Shown here one piece after another: positions 48,604-56,532 of a DNA stretch of 64,000 bases (positions are counted from its first letter, which is position 1; every line of letters begins with the position of its first letter). Location: positions 40,112 to 104,111 of the forward strand of contig CACZWL010000006.1 in NCBI GenBank assembly GCA_902784865.1, given 5' to 3'. A program made the position numbers and the translations under genes. Source of the stretch: an uncultured Bacteroidota bacterium (lineage in GTDB: Bacteria; Bacteroidota; Bacteroidia; Bacteroidales; P3). The notes under the pieces are model-generated. The model ran no database searches and was not told the DNA's origin. It saw only the letters and a list, made by a program, of their open reading frames with translations.

Positions 48604-50530
48604 CTCAATAACCCTTTCCAACTTCAAGTTCTTTGGTAAAGAAGAAACAATCGAATTAGGTGGTAAGCACCTCCTACTCTACGGTGAGAACGGTAGCGGA
48701 AAAAGTTCTATCTACTGGGCATTATACACATTATTGGAAGCTGCAAGAAAGACTACTCTGGAGACAGGAAAATACTTTGTCCCATTATCCTATAGTGCAG
48801 ATTCCTTACTTAATATACATGCCACCAAAGAATCTTCTCCTGTTGAACACTACAACTCTTATATTCGTATTCTTGATGATGGTAATCATCAGTATGAGTT
48901 ATCTTTATGGAGGGAGAATGTTTGTGGCAATTCTAATATAATGGAGTCTAGACTTTCTTCGGAGTTTATCAACTATCAATCACTGTATAAATTTCAAGAT
49001 TTCAAGAATAGTGAAGATCCTGATCTCTATAACATTTTTATAAACACAATCCTTTCTAACGAGAGTTTTGGAACATACAGATTAAAAGGCAAAATACTAG
49101 ACAATGCGTATGAAATGTGGGTTGAGTTTCAAGATGGCCCGGGCACAACTGTTAACAGCAAAGGAGAAACAATCCAAGTATATAAAAACAGTCAACAATA
49201 TATTGATTTCGTTGATATGGTTAGCGGGTTCAACCGCGGAATGAATGGGTTGATAAATGACATCAATAGCAACGCACAAAAGTATGTTAATAGTCTCGGG
49301 TACAATATGTCCTTTCATCTTGAATACAAAGAGCCTACATTCAAGAAAAAAGATAAAAAATATGAGTGGACACCATTTGGCATCCGTCTTACAATAACAA
49401 AATACGATGGAGTAGACGTAACAGTTGAACGCCCCCACAAGTTTCTAAATGAAGCGAGAATGTCTGCCATAGCAATTGCTATTAGGCTATCTATTATTAA
49501 GCGAAGAATTGGAGCTTCTGCTCCCGATGCACTAAAGTTATTGTTGTTGGATGATATCATGATTAGCCTCGATATGAGCAATCGAGACAAATTGCTAAAA
49601 TTGTTTTTATGTGAGTTAACAAAAGATTTCCAAGTTTTATTATTCACACATGACAAACGCCTATATGAATATATTGGACATCGGATAAACATAGAGAAGC
49701 AAAAGAAAAACTGGATTACATACGAGATGTATTCAGGTATTGATGCCATCAGTAAACATGAAGTTCCTATTATCATTAAATCAGAATGTGAATTTATTGA
49801 TAAAGCAAAGAAATTTTTCGATGTATCAAAAGACTATTCATCTTGTGCAATTAACCTCAGAAAAGCTTTGGAGATGGAGACAGGAAATCGTCTTCCAATT
49901 GAATTGAAAAAAAGAGCAATTGGAGGTTATGTTGATTTGCAAACACTTTGGGACAAGCTGAAGGAATATTATTCTAATAATAAATATCTTGATTCCAAAA
50001 AGATTAAACCAATTGATGACCTTTTTAAAGAATCGAAATTGTTTATTTTAAACCCTTCTGCACACTATCAAAGCCTATCGAATCCTATATATAGAAGTGA
50101 ATTAGAAAAGGCGTTTTTACTGTATTCGGAAGTCGCAGCTTTACCAATAGTGCATAGAGAATTAAAGATATCTAAAGATTCATATATCCTATGTTCTATT
50201 TCTGCAAAAAAATACACTTGTGGCTTTTATCTGGACGACGATTTGGTCGTAGTCGAAGGAGAACACATAATAAGCAGAATGCCAAAATGCTATAAAATTT
50301 TTTGGGAATATAACGGAATAGAATACTATAATTTTGTCACAGGTGTCAAAGATTTAACTAATCCATTAATAAAATCGACTCCCAAATTGGATTCTTTTAT
50401 TAGCAGGCTACCACTTGGTATTGACGAACAAACATTTTTGTCCAACTGTCGTATAAATGGCATACCAATAAATGACTATTTGGGTGGAGTTAATATTTCA
50501 TCATTGATTGTTCAATCCGCAAAACCATAA
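48590..50530 (+). CDS. ABC/SMC-like (RecF/AAA_13-15-23 type) ATPase with an uncharacterised C-terminal domain of about 270 aa
   Basis: 646 aa. ITLSNFKFFG...LLLYGENGSGKSS (Walker A), LLLLDDIMISLD (Walker B/D-loop), LLFTHD (H-loop). Start overlaps the methylase gene by 14 nt. Confidence 0.75.
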   Translation: MSKINSITLSNFKFFGKEETIELGGKHLLLYGENGSGKSSIYWALYTLLEAARKTTLETGKYFVPLSYSADSLLNIHATKESSPVEHYNSYIRILDDGNHQYELSLWRENVCGNSNIMESRLSSEFINYQSLYKFQDFKNSEDPDLYNIFINTILSNESFGTYRLKGKILDNAYEMWVEFQDGPGTTVNSKGETIQVYKNSQQYIDFVDMVSGFNRGMNGLINDINSNAQKYVNSLGYNMSFHLEYKEPTFKKKDKKYEWTPFGIRLTITKYDGVDVTVERPHKFLNEARMSAIAIAIRLSIIKRRIGASAPDALKLLLLDDIMISLDMSNRDKLLKLFLCELTKDFQVLLFTHDKRLYEYIGHRINIEKQKKNWITYEMYSGIDAISKHEVPIIIKSECEFIDKAKKFFDVSKDYSSCAINLRKALEMETGNRLPIELKKRAIGGYVDLQTLWDKLKEYYSNNKYLDSKKIKPIDDLFKESKLFILNPSAHYQSLSNPIYRSELEKAFLLYSEVAALPIVHRELKISKDSYILCSISAKKYTCGFYLDDDLVVVEGEHIISRMPKCYKIFWEYNGIEYYNFVTGVKDLTNPLIKSTPKLDSFISRLPLGIDEQTFLSNCRINGIPINDYLGGVNISSLIVQSAKP

Positions 50531-50543
50531 GTAGATCATTGAT

Positions 50544-51968
50544 ATGGAACAAGCACCTATACTCATCACCACCCAATACGAGGCTGAAAGATTTGAGACA
50601 TTCCTAGCCTTGTCCGACAATCACAGAATCCTATTCTCTGGGAAATATGGGAGTGGCAAGACCTTTTTCTTGCATGAGTTCTTTACTACACGGAAAAAGG
50701 ATGAATATGAGGTATTCCATCTTTTCCCGACTAACTATACAATAGCGAAAAACGAGGATGTCGTCAAACTACTCCAGTTTGATATCTTATATGAGCTACT
50801 GGTGAAAGGTTATCTGGCTCCGTCAAAGAAACTGTTTACTACACAAGAAACCATGGCTGGCTTCGTGCAAAACAATTTCCCTAATATCATTAAGGATGTT
50901 GTATCCCATTGCGGCAAAATCGGAAAGAAACTGTCAGATGTATTTGATACCTACACCCAATGGGCTGCAAAGTACGAGGCCTTCGATAAAGGTATTAACC
51001 AAAATGCAGAAGATAAGGCAAGAGAAGCATTCTATAACCTGATAAATGAGGTTGAATATAATGCCACTACGGAGTTAATAGAGATGATCAACTCCACGAT
51101 TGACAAGCAAAAGGTTCTTATAGTAGATGACCTCGACAGAATTGACCCAGAGCACATCTTCAGATTACTCAACCTCTTCTCAGCACAGACATCCAATTAC
51201 TTCCCCGCCCATTGGCCTATTAACCAGGATGAAAATCGTTATGGGTTCGACAAAATCATATTTGTCTGCGACATAGACAATATCCGCAATATCTTCCGCG
51301 CCAAATATGGTGACGGCGTTGACTTCGCTGGATATATCGACAAATTCTACAGCATAGCGCCCTATTTCTTCAACAATAATAATATGGTTGCCCAAGAGGC
51401 ACACCTTTTTGTTGCATCCATCAACTCTGAATGGCCTGTACAGAGCAGAGAACAGTTCTCCTCGCTTGTCAGGATGCTGTTGTTCCATAATGTCATCACT
51501 TTGAGAAAACTGAAAGAAAAGGAATTTGCACATTGGGAATATCCAACCAGGAAACACCCCTCAATTATCCAAGGAAACAATATATGGTCTGTCGGGATAC
51601 TTGATTTGATGCTTTTTCTATTTGGAACCAAAGAAGACGCAACTGCGGCGTTAAAGAAAAACACTGAAGAAATATCATTAGACTTGTTGGAAAGGTCTGG
51701 CTATCGCCTTACCGATATGTTGATTCCTTTCCTTCTTCCCAATGCCACCTTGACAGTCGGAGAAGATTTTGTTTACGAGAACCAAGACCTTGACATAAAA
51801 TTATACTATAAATGTGAACCTTACAATAGAGAAATCTATGCTGAATTGAAAACAGCTTCCAGTATCAACGGAAGTGAAAGGAAAAAGATACCGTTCTTCC
51901 GACTAATGTCAATCGCTTTGGAAAATTATTGCAAACTGATAGAAGTCCCCAATGTCATAAGATATTAA
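50544..51968 (+). CDS. KAP-family P-loop NTPase
   Basis: 474 aa. ILFSGKYGSGKTFFL (Walker A) and KVLIVDDLDRIDPEHIFRLLN (the KAP-type DDLDR Walker B). Confidence 0.8.
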   Translation: MEQAPILITTQYEAERFETFLALSDNHRILFSGKYGSGKTFFLHEFFTTRKKDEYEVFHLFPTNYTIAKNEDVVKLLQFDILYELLVKGYLAPSKKLFTTQETMAGFVQNNFPNIIKDVVSHCGKIGKKLSDVFDTYTQWAAKYEAFDKGINQNAEDKAREAFYNLINEVEYNATTELIEMINSTIDKQKVLIVDDLDRIDPEHIFRLLNLFSAQTSNYFPAHWPINQDENRYGFDKIIFVCDIDNIRNIFRAKYGDGVDFAGYIDKFYSIAPYFFNNNNMVAQEAHLFVASINSEWPVQSREQFSSLVRMLLFHNVITLRKLKEKEFAHWEYPTRKHPSIIQGNNIWSVGILDLMLFLFGTKEDATAALKKNTEEISLDLLERSGYRLTDMLIPFLLPNATLTVGEDFVYENQDLDIKLYYKCEPYNREIYAELKTASSINGSERKKIPFFRLMSIALENYCKLIEVPNVIRY

Positions 51969-51981
51969 GTGATTCATTCGC

Positions 51982-52053
51982 ATGGAATTCAAACGAGAAC
52001 TGACCAACGACCTTGACATTGAAAAAGAGGTGATCGCATTATTCAAAATCTAA
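51982..52053 (+). pseudogene. 23-codon remnant of a second AlbA_2-family gene
   Basis: MEFKRELTNDLDIEKEVIALFKI* aligns with residues 8-30 of the 43662 gene (EYKRELTPDLDIEKEVIAFLNYK). The DNA is similar but not identical. Confidence 0.65.
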
Positions 52054-52117
52054 GAGTCAGAACACCATAATGTTTGAATGTGCTAATGTGTAAATGTGTT
52101 AGTGAATATCGGAATGC

Positions 52118-53014
52118 ATGAATATGTTAACGACAATGAGCAATAAGAAATCCATACGTTTTTTCAACGACCACGAGGTGCGAGCCATTTGGAACGAGGA
52201 GAACAGCAAGTGGTGGTTCTCCGCCACCGATATGGTTCGCGCCATCAACGATGAAGAGGACTACAAGAAATGCCGCAACTACTGGAAATACTTGAAAGGC
52301 AAGATGGCCAAAGAAGGCATCCAACTGGTTAGTGTCACTAACCACTTCAAATTTATGGCTCCCGACGGCAAACAACGCGCGTCCGACGCTCTTGATGCCG
52401 AAGCTGTACGGACGTTGGCACAACACTACCCCAATAACCGGGCAAACGCTTTCCTCAGCTGGTTCGTCTACAGCGACAACACCATCGACGGACAGAGCAA
52501 GAAGAAAGCCTATACGCTAGCCGAAAGTGGTATCCTCGACAGCATGAAGCCCGGCACCGTCAAATGCCTCCAGCAAATCCACGCCTACCTTTTCGGAGGC
52601 CTCTACGACTTCGCGGGCAAGATACGCACGAAGACCATCGCCAAGGGCAACACACTGTTCTGTTTGGCAGAGCATCTGCAAAGCTACCTGAAAACCGTGG
52701 AGGTAATGCCAGAGACGACATTCGATGAGATAGTAGACAAATACGTGGAGATGAACGCAGCACACCCCTTCATGGAAGGCAACGGCCGTTCGAGACGCAT
52801 CTGGCTCGACTTAATCTTCAAGAAGCAACTGAAGGTGTGTGTCGATTGGAGCAAGATAGACAAACGGGATTACCTCGACGCCATGATAGCCAGCCAGACC
52901 GACAGCAGTCGTATCCGCGAACTCCTCAAAGGCGCATTGACAGACCGCATCGACGACCGCGAGTTGTTCATGAAAGGCATCGACTACTCCTACTATTATG
53001 AACAGGAAGACTGA
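52118..53014 (+). CDS. Fic-family protein with Bro-N-like N-terminal domain
   Basis: 298 aa. HPFMEGNGRSRR matches the Fic motif HPFx(D/E)GNGRxxR. N-terminus IRFFNDHEVRAIWNEENSKWWFSATDMVRAIN resembles Bro-N. Confidence 0.85.
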   Translation: MNMLTTMSNKKSIRFFNDHEVRAIWNEENSKWWFSATDMVRAINDEEDYKKCRNYWKYLKGKMAKEGIQLVSVTNHFKFMAPDGKQRASDALDAEAVRTLAQHYPNNRANAFLSWFVYSDNTIDGQSKKKAYTLAESGILDSMKPGTVKCLQQIHAYLFGGLYDFAGKIRTKTIAKGNTLFCLAEHLQSYLKTVEVMPETTFDEIVDKYVEMNAAHPFMEGNGRSRRIWLDLIFKKQLKVCVDWSKIDKRDYLDAMIASQTDSSRIRELLKGALTDRIDDRELFMKGIDYSYYYEQED

Positions 53015-53047
53015 ATTGCAAAACAAAACATGCTAATCTAAAAAACA

Positions 53048-53965
53048 ATGAAGAAAACACTTACCATCACCCTGGCTGCCACGCTGCTGGCGGCATGTGC
53101 TAGCAACGAAGAGAGACTGAAGCAGCGGGCCGAGGAGCTGTGCCGGTATATCCCCGACCACGAGCTGCGGGAGGAGGCGCGCGGATATATGACGGCGGAC
53201 TTCTATGCCGCGCTGGATACGATGTTCAACCACCTGCCCGAATTCGAGGCCATGGACCACGAATGGCTCTACTATTTCGTCACCGGCAACGGCGGCACCA
53301 TGGCCGACTATACCGTCACCGCCGTGGCTCAGACCGACCAAGACCACGCCGTGGCCACTATCAGCGTGAAACAAAAATGGGAGGACGGCTCCTTCGACCC
53401 CACCACCGATGTGGAGGAGCACAAGCTCTATATGGAAAAAGTCGGCGGCCGATGGCTGATGTCCGACTTTGACGGCCACAAGGCCGACTGCCTGCGCCAC
53501 ATAGCCCTCAACCGCGAGGAGCAGGCGGTGCGCCAGGCCATCAGCGACTACCTGGTGCACGAAATCGGCGAGCACTACCAGAAAGGCGAGCTCTGCATCC
53601 CCACACTGATGATGGTGCACGAGGAGCGGGAGCTCTTCATGGGCGATTTCTGGGTGCTGTGGTACAACGTGGCGGGCGACACGCTGAAGTGCGTCTCCGG
53701 CGGCAACCACAGCGGCTGCATGACCCTGCGCAAGGCGGACGGCGGCTACACGGTGACCGCCTTCGAGCAGACCGTCGACGGGGCCGGCAACGACGCCAGC
53801 GCCCGCCGCATCTTCGGCTCTTACTACGACGTCTACCAGAACATCCACTCCAACGAGCGTGTGCGCGAGGCCGTCCGCCAGGAGCAACTGCGCTACTACA
53901 TCAAAAAGCACCGCCTGAACATCCGCTACTACCAGGACTACGGCTGGCCGGCCGTGGAACTGTAG
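53048..53965 (+). CDS. Hypothetical lipoprotein
   Basis: 305 aa. Lipobox LLAACAS. G+C-rich backbone codon usage. Confidence 0.6.
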   Translation: MKKTLTITLAATLLAACASNEERLKQRAEELCRYIPDHELREEARGYMTADFYAALDTMFNHLPEFEAMDHEWLYYFVTGNGGTMADYTVTAVAQTDQDHAVATISVKQKWEDGSFDPTTDVEEHKLYMEKVGGRWLMSDFDGHKADCLRHIALNREEQAVRQAISDYLVHEIGEHYQKGELCIPTLMMVHEERELFMGDFWVLWYNVAGDTLKCVSGGNHSGCMTLRKADGGYTVTAFEQTVDGAGNDASARRIFGSYYDVYQNIHSNERVREAVRQEQLRYYIKKHRLNIRYYQDYGWPAVEL

Positions 53966-54056
53966 TTTAGCGGAAAGTGGAAGGCACCAGCTCCCTAGCA
54001 CAATAAAAAGCGAAAACAAACGTTATCAGAGAAACCAACAAAAAACATAGAACAAC

Positions 54057-54599
54057 ATGAAAGACCTGAAAGGAACCAAGACCGAGCAGAACCTGATGGA
54101 GGCTTTTGCCGGCGAGAGCATGGCTCGCAACAAGTACACCTACTACGCATCCAAGGCCAAGAAGGAGGGCTATGTGCAGATATCCAACATCTTCGAGGAG
54201 ACCGCCAAGAACGAGAAGGAGCACGCCGAGCTGTGGTTCAAGTACCTGCACGGCGGCAAGGTGCCCACTACGACCGACAACCTCCTCGACGCCGCCACCG
54301 GCGAGAACCAGGAGTGGACCGACATGTACGCCCGCATGGCCCGCGAGGCCCGCGAAGAGGGCTTCGACGAGATTGCCGCCAAGTTCGAGATGGTGGGCGC
54401 CATCGAGCGCGAGCACGAGGAGCGCTACCGCAAACTGCTCAAGAACATCGAGGACGGCATCGTCTTCAGCCGCGAGGGCGACATGATCTGGCAGTGCTCC
54501 AACTGCGGCCACATCGTGGTCGGCAAGAAGGCCCCCGAGGTGTGCCCCGTCTGCAACCACGAGAAGGCCTACTTCCAGCTCAAGGCCGAGAATTATTGA
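54057..54599 (+). CDS. rbr: Rubrerythrin
   Basis: 180 aa. Diiron ExxH motifs ([18 protein letters not shown]) and C-terminal CSNCGH...CPVCNH rubredoxin-like centre. Confidence 0.9.
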   Translation: MKDLKGTKTEQNLMEAFAGESMARNKYTYYASKAKKEGYVQISNIFEETAKNEKEHAELWFKYLHGGKVPTTTDNLLDAATGENQEWTDMYARMAREAREEGFDEIAAKFEMVGAIEREHEERYRKLLKNIEDGIVFSREGDMIWQCSNCGHIVVGKKAPEVCPVCNHEKAYFQLKAENY

Positions 54600-54602
54600 T
54601 CC

Positions 54603-54995
54603 ATGAAGAAACTCTCACTCGCCCTGACCGCCGCAGCCCTCTTCGTGGCCTGCGGCCACAATGCCAAGAACATCCACACGCTGGAGGCCGCCGACTTCGC
54701 CGCTGCCGTCAGGGAACATAACCTCCCACTGGTCGATGTGCGCACTGCCGAGGAGTATGCCGAAGGCCACCTGCCGGGCGCCGTCAATATCGACGTGAAC
54801 AAGCCCGACTTCATCGAGCATATTACTCAAAATTCAGAATTCAACATTCAAAATTCTCCCGTGGCCGTCTACTGCCTCCGCGGCAGCCGCAGCATGAAGG
54901 CCGCCACCCTGCTGGCCAAGGAAGGGTGCGGGGTGTACAACCTGGCCGGCGGCATCACCGCCTGGAACGCGGCCGGCATGCCCGTAGAACGATAA
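54603..54995 (+). CDS. Rhodanese-like domain protein (secreted / lipoprotein-like N-terminus)
   Basis: 130 aa. VDVRTAEEYAEGHLPGAVNI, active-site loop YCLRGSRS and GGITAW. Contains the heptamer tract at 54828-54856. Confidence 0.85.
   Translation: MKKLSLALTAAALFVACGHNAKNIHTLEAADFAAAVREHNLPLVDVRTAEEYAEGHLPGAVNIDVNKPDFIEHITQNSEFNIQNSPVAVYCLRGSRSMKAATLLAKEGCGVYNLAGGITAWNAAGMPVER
54828..54856. repeat. caaaatt-type heptamer tandem tract inside the rhodanese gene
   Basis: caaaatt cagaatt caacatt caaaatt c, translated as QNSEFNIQNS just upstream of the active-site loop. Confidence 0.7.
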
Positions 54996-55010
54996 ACACC
55001 GCTACCCAGA

Positions 55011-56222
55011 ATGAAACACTACGACTTCGACACCCCGATCGACCGCCACGGCACCGACTGCTTCAAGTGGGACGCCCTGCCGGCGATGTACCACCGCGAC
55101 GACCTCACCCCCATGTGGGTGGCCGACATGGACTGGCGCTCGCCGGACTTCGTGCTCGACGCCATCCGCCAGCGCCTCGACCACCCCGTGCTGGGCTACA
55201 CCATGCCCTCCGTCGCCTACTGGCAGGCCGTGACCGCCTGGCTGGCCAAGCATTACGGCATCCAAACCACCAAGGAGAGCCTCCACTTCATCCCCGGCAT
55301 CGTGGCCGGCATCAGCTACGCCCTGCTGGCGCTGACCGAGCCGGGCAACCGCGTGCTGGTCACCACGCCCGTCTACCCGCCCTTCCTAAACCTTCCGCGC
55401 GCGAGCGGTAGGGAACTGGTGTGCAGTCCGCTGAAGATTGCTGGCGGACACGGCACGCCGTGTCCCTACAGGTTTGAGATAGACTTCGCCGACTTCGAGC
55501 GCAAGGCCGAAGGATGCAAGATGTTCATTATGAGCAATCCCCACAACCCCGCCGGCACGATATGGGGCGAGGCGGCGCTGCGCCGCGTGGCCGACATCTG
55601 CGAGCGCAACCACATGCTGGTCGTCAGCGACGAAATCCACGCCGACCTCGTCCTGCCCAGACGCAAGCATGTGAGCTACAGCACGGTATCCGATGCCGCC
55701 GCGCGCCACAGCATCACCTTCATGGCCCCCAGCAAGACCTTCAACATCGCCGGCCTCGGCAGCTCTGTGTGCTTCATTTCAAATGAAGCCTTGCGCAGGC
55801 GCTTCTACGGCTGGCTAGACGCCTTGGGCGTGGCCGGGGGCAACATATTCGCCTTCACCGCCGCCGAAGCCGCCTTTGCCCACGGCGAGGAGTGGCGGCA
55901 GCAGATGCTGGTCTACCTAAATGGCAACGTGCAGGTCCTCAAAGAGTTCCTGGCCGAGCGACTGCCGGAGGTGAAGGCCGTGCTGCCCGAGGCCTCCTAC
56001 CTGGCCTGGCTCGACTTCAGCGCCTACGGCATCCCGCACAAGGAGCTGGCCGACCGCTTCATCAACGAAGCCCACGTGGTGATGAACGACGGCACCACCT
56101 TCGGGGTGCACGACGATGCAATCGGCGGCAACGCCTACCAGGGCTGCTTCCGCCTCAACCTCGGCTGCCCGAAGACGCAACTCCTCGACGTGCTCGAGCG
56201 CATATCTCGCATGCTTGCCTGA
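55011..56222 (+). CDS. MalY/PatB-type PLP-dependent cystathionine beta-lyase (aminotransferase class I/II)
   Basis: 403 aa. DFDTPIDRHGTDCFKWD N-terminus, SNPHNPAGT, and the SKTFNIAG PLP-lysine motif. Confidence 0.85.
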   Translation: MKHYDFDTPIDRHGTDCFKWDALPAMYHRDDLTPMWVADMDWRSPDFVLDAIRQRLDHPVLGYTMPSVAYWQAVTAWLAKHYGIQTTKESLHFIPGIVAGISYALLALTEPGNRVLVTTPVYPPFLNLPRASGRELVCSPLKIAGGHGTPCPYRFEIDFADFERKAEGCKMFIMSNPHNPAGTIWGEAALRRVADICERNHMLVVSDEIHADLVLPRRKHVSYSTVSDAAARHSITFMAPSKTFNIAGLGSSVCFISNEALRRRFYGWLDALGVAGGNIFAFTAAEAAFAHGEEWRQQMLVYLNGNVQVLKEFLAERLPEVKAVLPEASYLAWLDFSAYGIPHKELADRFINEAHVVMNDGTTFGVHDDAIGGNAYQGCFRLNLGCPKTQLLDVLERISRMLA

Positions 56223-56246
56223 ATCCCTCCCACCCCACCCCAGCCA

Positions 56247-56300
56247 AGGGGACGGTAGGGACTCTCTAGGGGAATACTTCGCCTTGTCCGCGATTGTCCG
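56247..56300. repeat. Left copy of the imperfect direct repeat bracketing island 2
   Basis: aggggacggtagggactctctaggggaatacttcgccttgtccgcgattgtccg. It aligns with 58857-58913 at 51 of 57 columns in my manual alignment. Confidence 0.75.
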
Positions 56301-56330
56301 CCCGGGCGGACAATCGCGGTCTCCTTTTTT
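56288..56330 (+). terminator. Rho-independent terminator after the beta-lyase gene
   Basis: Perfect 16+16 palindrome ccgcgattgtccgccc/gggcggacaatcgcgg followed by tctcctttttt. Confidence 0.8.
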
Positions 56331-56357
56331 AGGGGGCGATGCGCCGCGACCGGAACC

Positions 56358-56450
56358 AGCCCGCGAAGCGGGCGGCACTTTAATTAGCCGTGGGCGCAAG
56401 CCCACGGTATGCGGGGCACCACCTCGTGGAGCCCGCGAAGCGGGCGGCAC
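56358..56450. repeat. GC-rich structured module: 21-bp perfect direct repeat x2 flanking a GCAA-loop hairpin
   Basis: agcccgcgaagcgggcggcac at 56358-56378 and 56430-56450, each holding a gcccgc-GAA-gcgggc mini-hairpin. ccgtgggc-gcaa-gcccacgg lies at 56388-56407. Confidence 0.7.
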
Positions 56451-56532
56451 ACTGGGAACGGATCAATCCATGCCACGCGAAAAAAAATCACCTCATCGGA
56501 AGAAAAATTTGTTTTATTTGCAAAAAATACCT

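Noticed and set aside
50045-50068. A possible HEPN RxxxxH motif (ILNPSAHY) in the C-terminal domain of the ABC-like ATPase.
   Set aside because: The position of the catalytic Arg is occupied by Leu. One short match is not evidence, so it is left as an unassigned domain.
40374-51968. Classifying the operon as BREX, DISARM, or a type I / type III R-M system.
   Set aside because: No PglZ/BrxC/BrxL-like genes, no DrmA/DrmB (DUF1998) and no HsdS/HsdR are present. The helicase carries a PLD rather than a PD-(D/E)xK nuclease. This judgement rests only on motif reading.
55446-55465. A hairpin ggacacgg-cacg-ccgtgtcc inside the beta-lyase gene, considered as another intragenic element.
   Set aside because: It is only an 8-bp stem, G+C-rich like its surroundings, with no periodic repeat structure. 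It cannot be distinguished from chance without orthologue alignment.
56358-56450. A CRISPR-like array (21-bp repeat with a 51-bp spacer).
   Set aside because: There are only two repeat copies, no cas genes in the window, and the repeats are GC-rich REP-like hairpins.
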